Shown here: positions 19,885 to 30,033 of the stretch, one piece after another
Layout of the letters: each line of letters begins with the position of its first letter
How positions within the stretch are numbered: position 1 is the stretch's first letter
Assembly (NCBI GenBank): GCA_963704905.1
Contig: CAVPHZ010000001.1
Location: 323,438-387,437, forward strand
Origin: Candidatus Chisholmbacteria bacterium
GTDB lineage: Bacteria > Patescibacteriota > Microgenomatia > UBA1400 > Chisholmbacteraceae
Length of the DNA: 64,000 nucleotides
Reading direction: 5' to 3'
Position numbers and translations under genes: made by a program
The notes under the pieces: generated by a model
Seen by the model: only the letters and a program-made list of their open reading frames with translations
Databases searched by the model: none
What the model was told of the DNA's origin: nothing

Positions 19885-22758
19885 CTATTGTACCATTTGT
19901 GATTTTTGTAAATCAAGGCCAACGGAGATGTCTTCTGTAAACAAATCTTTCCATAAAGTATGGACGTTCTGTTGACTCGAATTCATATTTTCAGAAGAAA
20001 GATTGAAATTATCCGGTAGTATGAGTGAGAGTGACAATGGTTGCTCACCTATCCCAGGCTGTTTCTGAACTAAAATTTCTAGATGACTACTGCTCGATTC
20101 TGACACATCGCTACGAACCAATGTAATTTCTGCTGTGCTTTTCTGTTTTATAGGAACCTTTAATAAAAAACCAATTGAAAGAAGATCATGTTGGGACTTT
20201 AAGTCAATTTCATGAGAATTCAACTCTTTTCCATCGACTATCACACTTTGAAGCGAATTATTTTTGTCAACATATATTCTTAAATAATTCTTATATTCCC
20301 CACCAGGCCAATTTTCATTTTGTCCACTATTTTCGTATTGAATATTTATCGTGGTTTTGAGATTGTTATCCACTTCCATGCGTATATCAGTTTCTCTGCT
20401 TGTATATTGATTGGCATGATTGATTCCCACATTTGCCTCTGTAACAGCAATTGATTGACTTATGCAAGAGTAAATGTCTTTAACTTTATCGCACTTCGAT
20501 CTGTTGAGCCTACCGTCCCATCCTAAGTCATTTATCATTTTCTGTTCTTTTGGTCTGTCTAAATAAATAAGAGTTTCTCCTTTTTGTAATGAATCATAGA
20601 TAACTTTCAGTACTTCAAATTTTTGAGACGGACTAGAGCTCTCTACTTCTCCCCAGAGACTTGTTACTAGACTAGCTAAAAAATCTTGCCTTTGAGATGA
20701 ACCTGGGAAAAAATTTACTTCACTATAATAATCAGCAACACTGGTGAGATTATCGTATGAGACTTTTATTTCATAGTCCTCGAGGTGTATTGGTCCCAAA
20801 ATACGAAGTAGATCTTGTATTACAAGTGTATTAATAGCAATTATTCCATCAATCATCTCCCCTTCTTCTTTCTCTACAAACCACTCAACCTGCTGCGCGG
20901 TAGTTGGAAAATCAGGATCCCAGTTACTATCTCGCAGATACCACCCTGATTCACCTAGATATTCTTTTATTTCCTGGGGAGGTTCGACAAAACCTTTTAA
21001 CTTACTATCGGAGGAATACACATCCTTGACTATGAACTCACTAATTACAGCGTCTTTAATTTTGGTTTTAATATACGATCCAATAAAACCACCTGTTGGT
21101 CGTAGTTCGCGATTGTTCTGTAAGAGTATGAAATAGGTCCTCTCCTGCTTGCTGGTAAACAACCCATTGAATTCTTCAGCTGAAAGAAGCGCACTAGAAA
21201 TTATTTCTTTTGACTTGACCAGCTCATTTATCTGCTCTGACAAATATTTAAATAAACCTTCTGAGATTGAAGAGCTATTTTCTGATGTAATTTTCATCTG
21301 TACTAATTCTAACTGAGACAAGGATGTGTTTAAGTTTCTCATTTCTCTTCCAAGCGACTTTGACAACACTTCAATATTTCTATTTTTATCTGAAATTATT
21401 CCTTCAAATATATCGTTTGATAGCATTGCAATAGAAAGTTTATATTTTAATGAACTCGATATAAGCTCAGCTGTCTCTAAGAGAAGAATTACTTCCCTAA
21501 ACCAATCACTAGTTGGAAGGATGTTTGATGTCGTCTTTGAAAGCACACTCAGTTGATGGAATGCAAAGCGGAAGGTGTTATTCGATAGAACGGCTATTTT
21601 TTCAGCCTTTTCAAGCTCTCCCTGTTCAATCATTTCAATGGACTGATTTAAATTTAAACCCGCAAAAAAAATCATCACGAAAAAGACGAGTGGATAAATA
21701 AGAGGTAAAAGAAGCACTCCAAACTTTGTTCTCTTCCAACGTATACTCGAAAATTTCTTATTCGTTTCTTTGGTATATTTTACTTCTGGTAATTCTATTC
21801 TATTTGAGCTGGACTGCTTTAGTGACTTTACCTGCTTAGGATTCTCAGATAAACCAGCCAACCATTGAAGAGTTTGTTGTAATCCTTCTTCGAGTGATGT
21901 CTCTTCTCTTACTCTCCAAGGAACCTTTTTATCCCCCGATACGATAAGCTCATTTTTCTGTTCTTTCTCACTCTCAAAATCTCCATTAGAAGGTTGGGTA
22001 AAACGAAGTTCAAGCAGTTTACCTGCTTGTTTGAGAGCAATTTCTCTGACCTTATATACCAAATTAAGCTGAGTAATCTCCCTTTCACCGGAGAGCATCA
22101 AAACATCACTCTCGGATGATTCAGAAAACATGATTTTAGCAATCTCTTTTACCGAGTCTGTAATAAAGATCGGACGGATAGTGCTTAAACCTTCCCCTTC
22201 AATGCTGATTGGAATCTCATTTCTGAGTTCACGCAAGAGATTGGCTAGCAACCAATCTTCTTCCAATGACATCTCGGGACCATACAGGTTTTCTAGAAAT
22301 ATTTTCTTGTCCAAACCTCGTGACTTTGAAGCGAGTTGAGGGATTAATTCATTATACTGAAAAGTATTGTTAAGCCGGAAGATTGTTAAAAGCTTGGCGT
22401 CATTACTCCCGATCCATTTGGATAAGACATCTTCAAGCTTGGATTTCCTGGATGTTCCATTTCCTTTTTCTAGATTTGCTGCATGAAATATGTATGTTGG
22501 TTTTTTTTCAAGAATACTCTCTAAATCAGAGGCATTATTAATAATCAACGAATTATTATCACCTCTTGAGAAATCAGTTTTATTATTTGTTGCATGATTT
22601 TCAACAATGCAGGTGATGTTTATAGGTAGCTTACTTAGATAATTTGATAGTTCTCGGATTAAAAAACCATCGTTACCAAGAAGAAACGCTGAAGGATGTT
22701 CTCCCAAGTTTTCAACTGATATTTTTCTAATTGACATGAATTTGCCTTTGATACTCAA
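19885..22758 (-). CDS. large bitopic membrane protein: degenerate Rossmann/epimerase-like N-domain, TM, large extracytoplasmic domain (DUF4012-like)
   Basis: 957 aa. N-terminal 330 aa have Rossmann-like spacing but a degenerate glycine motif (LLGNDGFLIRELSNYL). Single TM (FGVLLLPLIYPLVFFVMIFF), then a roughly 590-aa extracellular region. Sits next to Wzx/Wzy-like genes. Confidence 0.4.
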   Translation of the reverse strand: MSIKGKFMSIRKISVENLGEHPSAFLLGNDGFLIRELSNYLSKLPINITCIVENHATNNKTDFSRGDNNSLIINNASDLESILEKKPTYIFHAANLEKGNGTSRKSKLEDVLSKWIGSNDAKLLTIFRLNNTFQYNELIPQLASKSRGLDKKIFLENLYGPEMSLEEDWLLANLLRELRNEIPISIEGEGLSTIRPIFITDSVKEIAKIMFSESSESDVLMLSGEREITQLNLVYKVREIALKQAGKLLELRFTQPSNGDFESEKEQKNELIVSGDKKVPWRVREETSLEEGLQQTLQWLAGLSENPKQVKSLKQSSSNRIELPEVKYTKETNKKFSSIRWKRTKFGVLLLPLIYPLVFFVMIFFAGLNLNQSIEMIEQGELEKAEKIAVLSNNTFRFAFHQLSVLSKTTSNILPTSDWFREVILLLETAELISSSLKYKLSIAMLSNDIFEGIISDKNRNIEVLSKSLGREMRNLNTSLSQLELVQMKITSENSSSISEGLFKYLSEQINELVKSKEIISSALLSAEEFNGLFTSKQERTYFILLQNNRELRPTGGFIGSYIKTKIKDAVISEFIVKDVYSSDSKLKGFVEPPQEIKEYLGESGWYLRDSNWDPDFPTTAQQVEWFVEKEEGEMIDGIIAINTLVIQDLLRILGPIHLEDYEIKVSYDNLTSVADYYSEVNFFPGSSQRQDFLASLVTSLWGEVESSSPSQKFEVLKVIYDSLQKGETLIYLDRPKEQKMINDLGWDGRLNRSKCDKVKDIYSCISQSIAVTEANVGINHANQYTSRETDIRMEVDNNLKTTINIQYENSGQNENWPGGEYKNYLRIYVDKNNSLQSVIVDGKELNSHEIDLKSQHDLLSIGFLLKVPIKQKSTAEITLVRSDVSESSSSHLEILVQKQPGIGEQPLSLSLILPDNFNLSSENMNSSQQNVHTLWKDLFTEDISVGLDLQKSQMVQ

Positions 22759-23061
22759 CCGCTTTCATGTTACTTAATTGCGAACTATGAAGCAATGATG
22801 TTTCGGGATATATAGACCTGTAACCATCTGCTTATTGCATTATTATTCGTTCTTACCTTTTTCTTTCTTGTTTTTATTATTATTCTCTTCTGGTGTGCAT
22901 AGCTTTAATCAAACTTTCTTGTGCTTACTCTTTTCATGTGCTGTTTTCTGAGTACATATATCTTCACTAGAATATTAACAGCATAACCTATATATTATTC
23001 TGAGTTAGAATCTTACATTTATGGAAATTGTTGACTTAGACACGACGAAGAACGTACCAAT

Positions 23062-23550
23062 TTACTTAAAGTAACCCATACTTTCAAGCACTTTATTTAC
23101 TAAAGCGTCCGCTTTGGAGTTGTGTTCTCTGGGAACATATTCATAGACAATCGTATTGTTGAGCAACGACAAAGACTGAGAAGAATGATGTATATTCATG
23201 AGACTAAGCTCATCTTCAAGTCGTTTTACCTGGCTGAATAGTTTTCGAAGATTTTCATTTTTAACCTTAAATACACCATTTAATTGACTGGCAATTAAGT
23301 TTGAATCTACATGGATTCTGATCGTTAAATGATTTCCCGAATTTCTGTTTTGTTTAATCCATTGCAATGCTTCAATTACGGCTGAATATTCAGCGACATT
23401 GTTAGTCGTTTCACCAATATAACCTGATATGTTATCTAGGAATTCTCCCTTTTCATTTTCAATCACCACACCAATAGCCGCAGGGCCTGGATTTCCTCTG
23501 GCTCCCCCATCACAATAGATTGATAATTTAGAACTGTCTGCCTTAGTCAT
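23062..23550 (-). CDS. rnhA: ribonuclease HI
   Basis: IYCDGGARGNPGPAAIGVVI...AEYSAVIEALQ...IHVDSNLIASQ, the RNase H catalytic DEDD arrangement. Confidence 0.85.
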   Translation of the reverse strand: MTKADSSKLSIYCDGGARGNPGPAAIGVVIENEKGEFLDNISGYIGETTNNVAEYSAVIEALQWIKQNRNSGNHLTIRIHVDSNLIASQLNGVFKVKNENLRKLFSQVKRLEDELSLMNIHHSSQSLSLLNNTIVYEYVPREHNSKADALVNKVLESMGYFK

Positions 23551-23551
23551 T

Positions 23552-24802
23552 CTACGATTCTTGTCGAAGTGATTGTAACACGTACCTCATTGACAGAATG
23601 AGCACCATACATTCTGTTGCTCCGGTATTAATCGCAGCAGCTACCATTCCGTATTTTGGAATTAGCACCAGATTAAGAGAAAGATTTACACAGACTGCCA
23701 GAAAGTAAATGATTAGCAACTTATGTTCTTTCTTTACTGTTACTAATATCCATTGCATGAGTGCTGACAAGAAAAAGAAGGGCAGCGAAAGAGAAAGCAA
23801 TATCAGTGGATTTTCGGAAAAAATATAATCTTCTTTAATCCAAACCAAAAAAGGACTTATTACTACTAATCCAAATGTCACTATTACTGATAAAATAAAC
23901 AGCGTTATTGACAGTGTTTTTACTGTTTTTTTAAGCTTTACCATACCTATGTTTAGATGTTCTATGAGTACTGGGTATGATGCGTTCATAAGGAACGTTG
24001 GAATTACAAGAGCCACATCAAATACGCGGTAAGCTAAGCCATAATACCCAACTACTTCTGTCGTACGCATGGCGCTTAGTAGAAATATATCCAACCTCGT
24101 GGACAGCACATTTAGTATTAATACGAATCCTATAGGGCTGGATTCTTTAATTAATGCTTTCATTTGGATTAGTGAGATGGTTCTCAAATTCATTGAAAAG
24201 TATTGTCTTACGAAGATAAAACTTATCAGTGCCATTGTGAATGAACCAACTACATAGGAAAGGATGATTGTTGTCAGACTTGCTCCGAGAACTGTAAATA
24301 TCCCAACAAGGATAAGGATCACTATACTTCCTACAGTCGTAGCAATTGCTTGATATTTATATGCCATTCTGCTTTGAAAAATGGCATTAGCTGTTGTTGT
24401 GATACTTTGACTAAATAGTGTTATTAAAAATAGGTACACTGCATTCTTTACTTCATCTGAAAAACCGAAATTTGTTGCCGTTGGAACAAGCGTTACAGCC
24501 AGAGAAATAATGACTGAAAATATGAACGCAAAACATATTCTCACTGCAAGTGCATTTTTAAATTCAATCGGTTCACTAGATGTTGAATTTTTTAACCTTC
24601 TTACAAGAATCGCGTTCATTCCAAAATCAATTCCGATATAAAACATTGTTACGGTAACAAATACTTTGGTGAAATCACCATAAAAACCTGCACCCAAAGC
24701 TCTGGCAATAATTATGGTTATTAGAAGCGAGCTTATGGTATTAACTACTTTTCCAAGAAGCTGAAAGGTGGTGTTGCTGATAATATTTATTTTTTTACTC
24801 AT
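23552..24802 (-). CDS. polysaccharide/O-antigen flippase (Wzx / MOP superfamily)
   Basis: 416 aa with about 12 TM helices. An N-terminal LLGKVVNTISSLLITIIIARALG-type motif is typical of Wzx/MATE-like exporters. Confidence 0.55.
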   Translation of the reverse strand: MSKKINIISNTTFQLLGKVVNTISSLLITIIIARALGAGFYGDFTKVFVTVTMFYIGIDFGMNAILVRRLKNSTSSEPIEFKNALAVRICFAFIFSVIISLAVTLVPTATNFGFSDEVKNAVYLFLITLFSQSITTTANAIFQSRMAYKYQAIATTVGSIVILILVGIFTVLGASLTTIILSYVVGSFTMALISFIFVRQYFSMNLRTISLIQMKALIKESSPIGFVLILNVLSTRLDIFLLSAMRTTEVVGYYGLAYRVFDVALVIPTFLMNASYPVLIEHLNIGMVKLKKTVKTLSITLFILSVIVTFGLVVISPFLVWIKEDYIFSENPLILLSLSLPFFFLSALMQWILVTVKKEHKLLIIYFLAVCVNLSLNLVLIPKYGMVAAAINTGATECMVLILSMRYVLQSLRQES

Positions 24803-26142
24803 CTCAGGGCATTATCTTTACCTGAAGGTTCATTCCAGATCGCCGCAAGAATAAAGAGCACCATTAATTGATTTTGGTAAAGGGTCAACCAGTAATGATC
24901 CAGCATACCTGTAAATATAATTACTAACAAAGCAGTTAATAATGTCCATTTATTCTCTACCTTCGCTTTACGAAATGATTTTACAATTACCCAAACACCT
25001 ACCATAAACAAAACTATCCCGCCTTCAGATAAGACTAACATTGCAATATTATGTGTTGGCTGAAACTGAGATAAACGAGTACTTGTATATAAAAGATTGT
25101 TTTTTGTTCCTTCCATATCAAGCAGGCCCACACCTAGTCCAACACCTATTAGTGGTCTTTGAGAAAACAATTCAATTGATTTCTCCAACAACATCCTTCT
25201 CACAACAACTGACTCTTGCTCTGCAGGAATTTGTTTTAGCAACACCACTCCCAACATCACCATTGAGAGAGCTACATACTTCACCATACCCACTTTAGTC
25301 CTCCATGCTTTAACTATCCAGGCAGCTAAAAGTATCAATCCTATCACCCAACTCGCCTGGGAAAATGTAAGAATGAGTGTTATTAATGAAAGTGCTATTA
25401 CCACAATGTCAAACTTTCTCTTTTTCCTCTTACCAACCAAGATGATGAGACCTAGCAGCAAGAAACCGGCAAGCGCGTTTGGATGAGGAAAGGTTGCATA
25501 CGGTCTTAAGAACAACTGTCCATGTATATCAAGTTTTGCTATTCCGGGAGTGGTAAGAGAAAACCTTCTCTCACCTAGCCAGTAGAGTAGACCGCCAACT
25601 GATTGCTGTTTAAACCACTGTGTAATTGCTATTACTGATGAGTAGAAAAGCGGGATTGAAATCATATTTTTTAATTCTTCCACTATTAGGACTTGGGATT
25701 TTATTAACACGATACCTATTGCGGTCAGCTCTACTACCCTCAGCCAGTACAACGTAGAGACTGATGGTGAATTGGATAGAATTATATTCGTGAGAATAAA
25801 CATTGCCAAAGCAATAAGCATCACTGTGTTTTTTTTTGTGATCTTACATCTCATCCAATTATTATTTTCTCTAAACTTAAGAAAATAGTTCACAACTAGA
25901 GCAAAAACAATAAAGTCTGTAAGATATATTTTTGGCGACAGATAATCACTTCGAATGCCAGCAATATAGGCAAAGTCCGGCCAAAAGTGCTTCGCAAGTT
26001 GTACTGGAATTAATAGTATTAGCACAACTATTAAGTTTTTTTCGGTGTTTATTTTTTGGAAATGATCAATAAAACTCGGAAGAGAAATGAGTTTGTTAAT
26101 TTTACCTTTGCGGTTGTTGTTTTGATTGCCGCCGGGCTTCAC
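24799..26142 (-). CDS. O-antigen ligase / polymerase-like (Wzy/WaaL family) membrane protein
   Basis: 447 aa polytopic, with a large extracytoplasmic loop near the C-terminal third. 4-bp overlap with the upstream flippase gene. Confidence 0.5.
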   Translation of the reverse strand: MKPGGNQNNNRKGKINKLISLPSFIDHFQKINTEKNLIVVLILLIPVQLAKHFWPDFAYIAGIRSDYLSPKIYLTDFIVFALVVNYFLKFRENNNWMRCKITKKNTVMLIALAMFILTNIILSNSPSVSTLYWLRVVELTAIGIVLIKSQVLIVEELKNMISIPLFYSSVIAITQWFKQQSVGGLLYWLGERRFSLTTPGIAKLDIHGQLFLRPYATFPHPNALAGFLLLGLIILVGKRKKRKFDIVVIALSLITLILTFSQASWVIGLILLAAWIVKAWRTKVGMVKYVALSMVMLGVVLLKQIPAEQESVVVRRMLLEKSIELFSQRPLIGVGLGVGLLDMEGTKNNLLYTSTRLSQFQPTHNIAMLVLSEGGIVLFMVGVWVIVKSFRKAKVENKWTLLTALLVIIFTGMLDHYWLTLYQNQLMVLFILAAIWNEPSGKDNALR

Positions 26143-26618
26143 GTATCTTTGTTTTTTTTGAGATCAATGATCAATCTTCTATCTCTACCTGTTCCTTCTG
26201 AGAAGGTTTCGATTTCATTATCCTGGGAAAGCATGAGGTGTACAATTCTTCTTTCGTTACTACTTAAGTAGGGGAGCGTCACCGACTGTTGGGTCAGCTT
26301 CACTCTTTGAGCTGCATTCGATGCCATTGATTCAAGAGACTCTTTTCGCTTCTCCCTGTAATCTCCAATGTTTACACTTATTGGATTCCATTCATTGCTA
26401 CCTTTATTAATCATATATCCAAGTATCAGCTGTAAGGCTTGGATGTTTTCTCCATGAAATCCAATAAGCAGTCCTGAATTGTCAGGTGAGGTATCAATAT
26501 TCAAGTGAATCACACCATCATCGTCTTTGGTTGTGCTTATCGTGACATCATCAAAGCCTAGTTGGTTCAGTAGACTTGAAGCCGATTCTTCAGCTTTTTT
26601 AAGATAGTTTTTTTTCAT
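26139..26618 (-). CDS. jag: Jag (SpoIIIJ-associated) KH/R3H RNA-binding protein
   Basis: Position downstream of yidC, Jag-N-like N-terminus, and a C-terminal R3H-like segment (ERRIVHLMLSQDNEIETFSEGTG). Confidence 0.7.
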   Translation of the reverse strand: MKKNYLKKAEESASSLLNQLGFDDVTISTTKDDDGVIHLNIDTSPDNSGLLIGFHGENIQALQLILGYMINKGSNEWNPISVNIGDYREKRKESLESMASNAAQRVKLTQQSVTLPYLSSNERRIVHLMLSQDNEIETFSEGTGRDRRLIIDLKKNKDT

Positions 26619-27367
26619 AATTTCTCCTTGATACCTTTGATTTTAGCAGCTAATTGAATAAGACCCCCAGGTCCACTAATAACATATTGCTGAACTATTG
26701 AAAAAATCGTCGTGGTAACCCAATAGACTGCCAAACCGGATGGGAAGCTTAAGGCAATCACTCCGGTCATCACTGGCATAACGTATAACATTTGTTGTTG
26801 AATTGTCTCAGCCATTTCCTGAGATGATTCTTCTTTTTCTTTGTTCTTTATTGCTTTGAGCTCTTCAGTTTTGTGATGTTCTTTTCCAACCATAAGCATT
26901 TGAGACATAAGAAGCTGAGAACCAGCTGCTAGCACAGGAAGAATATAAAATGGATCAGGTTTTGATAAATCAAACCAGAGAAAGCTCATGTTGGCAGAAA
27001 ATGTCTCACCGTTTCCATTTTGAATAAAGTCAATAAATACCCGATATAATGCAATGAGTACTGCAAACTGTGCAATTGTTGGTAAACATCCAGCCGCTGG
27101 GTTTACTCCATGTTCTTTATATAAATTCAATTGCTCTTGTTGAAGGCGTTTTGCATCTTTTGCGTGTTTTTTCTTTAAATTATCAAGGTGAGGTTTTAAA
27201 TCTTTTAATTTTTTTGCTGATTTTAATGCTGGTAGAGAAAGTGGAATTAGTACAGTTCTTATGAGAATTGTTAATGCTATGATTGCAAAACCCAAGCTGC
27301 CACCAAAAATTGTGGTGAGAAAGGTTAGTATTGATAATAGTGGTTGATACAGTATTGTGTTAAACAT
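26615..27367 (-). CDS. yidC: membrane protein insertase YidC (short Gram-positive/Oxa1-like form)
   Basis: 250 aa. AQFAVLIALYRVF...LWF.DLSKPDPFYILPVL...LAVYWVTTTIFSIVQQY matches the YidC/Oxa1 core. Confidence 0.8.
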   Translation of the reverse strand: MFNTILYQPLLSILTFLTTIFGGSLGFAIIALTILIRTVLIPLSLPALKSAKKLKDLKPHLDNLKKKHAKDAKRLQQEQLNLYKEHGVNPAAGCLPTIAQFAVLIALYRVFIDFIQNGNGETFSANMSFLWFDLSKPDPFYILPVLAAGSQLLMSQMLMVGKEHHKTEELKAIKNKEKEESSQEMAETIQQQMLYVMPVMTGVIALSFPSGLAVYWVTTTIFSIVQQYVISGPGGLIQLAAKIKGIKEKL

Positions 27368-27410
27368 TTAATATCTTCATTGAAACTTTTTTAGGTCTTG
27401 ATACCATGCA

Positions 27411-27665
27411 TTACCGTGTGTCTATTGATACAGGGTCGTGCCCTCCCTTTGACCATGGATGACATCTTGCCATTCGTTTTCCCCCCAACAGAATGCCTTT
27501 TACTATACCATACCTCTCGACTGCTTCGTATGTATATTGAGAGCATGTTGGGGAGAACCGGCACGATCCACTTTGGTGTGTACTAGAGAAACTTTGGAAA
27601 ATACTTGATTTGATGGTAGACCATTTTTGATATTGACGAATAGTTTTCAATAGTATTACCTTCAT
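27411..27665 (-). CDS. yidD: membrane protein insertion efficiency factor YidD
   Basis: [45 protein letters not shown] is the YidD signature. Confidence 0.85.
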   Translation of the reverse strand: MKVILLKTIRQYQKWSTIKSSIFQSFSSTHQSGSCRFSPTCSQYTYEAVERYGIVKGILLGGKRMARCHPWSKGGHDPVSIDTR

Positions 27666-28012
27666 AATTTCCTACCCCTGAATACAGATGCCTTGTTTAG
27701 TGCTTCGCAAACATCTTTTGCTGCTTCAACGTATGACACTTTTCCTGCTGAAGTCGTTAGTTTAATCATTATCTTGTTTCCGGGTTTGGCAAAGGTGAGA
27801 TGAGTTATTAGTATCCCTTGTATTTTTCTTCTTAGCCTGTTTCTTTTGACTGCTTGGTTATATACATTTTTGCCCACCACAATAGTGAATTGGGGTGGTT
27901 TTTTATCTTGAGAAGATTCTATCCATACCAATGTATGTTTTCCTCTGATAATTAACTTATCGCTTAATTGTTTGTTTTTTGAAATCTTAAGACGATTGAT
28001 CTTTGGAAGCAT
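27662..28012 (-). CDS. rnpA: ribonuclease P protein component
   Basis: 116 aa basic protein ([15 protein letters not shown]...RNRLRRKIQ) between rpmH and yidD, the canonical order. Confidence 0.85.
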   Translation of the reverse strand: MLPKINRLKISKNKQLSDKLIIRGKHTLVWIESSQDKKPPQFTIVVGKNVYNQAVKRNRLRRKIQGILITHLTFAKPGNKIMIKLTTSAGKVSYVEAAKDVCEALNKASVFRGRKL

Positions 28013-28053
28013 TTTTCTTGTTTCTTCTACCCGAAGCTATTATGCTGTTTGTA

Positions 28054-28203
28054 TTAGGAAGAGACTTTTACTGCTAATATTTTTCTGCCTTTTTTCATTC
28101 GGTTTTTTATGGTTTTAATTCCAGACGAAGAGCTCATCCGTTTAAGAAATCCGTGTTTCCTTACTCTCTTTTTTTTCTTCGGCTGCCAGGTTCTTTTTGA
28201 CAT
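28054..28203 (-). CDS. rpmH: 50S ribosomal protein L34
   Basis: Not in the ORF track because it is under 60 aa. Manual minus-strand translation from the ATG at 28203 gives [49 protein letters not shown] (49 aa), matching L34 consensus MKRTFQPSxxKRKRTHGFRARM..KNGRKVL..RRAKGR. Stop TAA at 28054-28056. Canonical position upstream of rnpA. Confidence 0.85.
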   Translation of the reverse strand: MSKRTWQPKKKKRVRKHGFLKRMSSSSGIKTIKNRMKKGRKILAVKVSS

Positions 28204-28421
28204 TATTACCTCCCTTATATTTTTTCAATTTCCCTATTTTATCATTTCTTAAATTATTTTTATCCACTTTTTTCTACTCCCTCCATTTTTTGGGGAAATT
28301 GTGGGTTGACTAATTGTGGAAAAGTTGATTTGATCTTAATCACTGCCATTCCTCTGTTTTTCAAAAAACCAGAGAAATTCATAGAACTTCTGTTATTTTT
28401 TAGACTATTTCTGCCCATCAT
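28204..28421. promoter_or_regulatory. rpmH/dnaA divergent intergenic region with DnaA-box-like sites (candidate oriC part 1 / dnaA promoter)
   Basis: TTATCCACT at 28260-28268. Reverse-orientation variants TGTGGGTT (about 28301) and TGTGGAAAA (28315-28323, complement TTTTCCACA). AT-rich. Confidence 0.45.
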
Positions 28422-29795
28422 ATGAAGGCGGATGAATTGTGGAAAACCATATTAAGCGATCTTGAGCTTTCTATGTCTCGAGGGAATTTTATGACATGGA
28501 TACGACCAGCAAGAATAAACCGTGTACAGCAGTTAGATGTAAATAAACAAATGGTTGAAATTGCCGTCCCCAGTGCATACCACAAGCAATACATTGAAGG
28601 AAAGTATATCGACGCTGTTCAAGAAGCACTTGATCGTATTACTCAAAAAAATAACACCATTCATCTGATTGTTGGTGAATCTTCGGAACAACCTCAAGAA
28701 AGCGAACCTGGTCCTTTATTTACCTCATCTCCTGCTTCAAATCAAGAACTTTACCGAGAGGCAATTTTTAAAGCGCGGTTAAGAGAAGATTTTATTTTTG
28801 ATACCTATGCTGTCTCATCTTCAAATGAAATGGCTCATGCAGCAGCCCAAGCAATTGCAACATCACCAGGTACTGCATACAACCCTCTTTTTTTATATGG
28901 AGGGGTTGGAGTGGGGAAGACCCACCTTACTCAGGCAATTGGACATTTTTTATTGAAAAGAAACCCTGAGTCAACTATCATATACTGCACCGGTGAAGAA
29001 TTTACCAATGAAATTATCGAAGCTATTCGTAGAAAACAAACACATCCATTTAAAAAACGATATCGTAGCGCAAAGATTCTTCTCATTGATGATATTCAAT
29101 TTATTGCTGGTAAAACTGCTGTTCAAGAAGAGTTTTTTCATACATTTAACGCTATTCAACAAGAAGGGGGTCAAATTATTCTTGTGAGCGATCAACCTCC
29201 TAATGAAATTGACGGTTTGGAGGATAGGCTTCGGAGTCGTTTTGAAGGAGGTTTAACCATTGATATTCAGCAACCTGATTTTGAATTACGAACTGCTATT
29301 CTCCTTATAAAAGCTCGTCGGTTGAATGTCTCTCTTCCCATGGACATTGCACAGCTTATTTCAGCAAATATTGAAAGTGCTCGTCGTCTTGAAGGGTTTT
29401 TAACTCGACTTGCTACAGAATCTAAACTTCGCAATCAACCCATCTCTGACACATTAGTTAAGGGTCTTCTGGGAAATGTTGCTGATACAGAAGTTGATAT
29501 GCATTCAAACGTGCGACCAAGAGAAATCATTAAAACTGTTGCTTCTCACTTCAACCTAAAACCAACACTCCTTTTCGGTCCACGTCGTTTGAAATCGTTG
29601 GTATTGCCGCGACATCTAGCTATGTATGTTCTTCGCACTGAACTCCAACTTCCTCTTGAGGAAATTGGAGATCTTTTTGGAGGCCGCGATCACACAACGG
29701 TAATGCATGCAGTTGAAAAAATAACAAATACTTTGTCAACTAATGAAGGGATTCGAGTAGATTTAGCAACTATACGAAAAAAACTATATTATTAA
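28422..29795 (+). CDS. dnaA: chromosomal replication initiator protein DnaA
   Basis: N-terminal ELWKTILSDLE, AAA+ Walker A GGVGVGKTHLTQAIG, Walker B ILLIDDIQF, and the C-terminal DnaA signature GGRDHTTVMHAVEKI. Confidence 0.95.
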   Translation: MKADELWKTILSDLELSMSRGNFMTWIRPARINRVQQLDVNKQMVEIAVPSAYHKQYIEGKYIDAVQEALDRITQKNNTIHLIVGESSEQPQESEPGPLFTSSPASNQELYREAIFKARLREDFIFDTYAVSSSNEMAHAAAQAIATSPGTAYNPLFLYGGVGVGKTHLTQAIGHFLLKRNPESTIIYCTGEEFTNEIIEAIRRKQTHPFKKRYRSAKILLIDDIQFIAGKTAVQEEFFHTFNAIQQEGGQIILVSDQPPNEIDGLEDRLRSRFEGGLTIDIQQPDFELRTAILLIKARRLNVSLPMDIAQLISANIESARRLEGFLTRLATESKLRNQPISDTLVKGLLGNVADTEVDMHSNVRPREIIKTVASHFNLKPTLLFGPRRLKSLVLPRHLAMYVLRTELQLPLEEIGDLFGGRDHTTVMHAVEKITNTLSTNEGIRVDLATIRKKLYY

Positions 29796-29854
29796 CAATT
29801 TTACAGAATAATGAATATTTACCAAATTTCAATTTTTAAAAATCTTCTATTTAT

Positions 29855-29925
29855 CCTCTTATCCACAAAATGATGACACTTATCCACAGTTTTATCCACA
29901 GGTTTACTCTTGACTATTCACAGTA
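29855..29925 (+). promoter_or_regulatory. DnaA-box cluster (candidate oriC part 2, dnaA-dnaN spacer)
   Basis: Three perfect TTATCCACA boxes in direct orientation at 29859-29867, 29880-29888 and 29892-29900, plus a degenerate CTATTCACA at 29914-29922, followed by an AT-rich stretch (29930-29990). Confidence 0.7.
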
Positions 29926-30033
29926 TTTTTATCAGTTGAACTTGATAAATAAATATTTTGTTGTCAACATATCCTCATTACCTACTACTAATGCTGCTAA
30001 TATTATAAATATAGTAGTTTTACGAAGGAGCAT

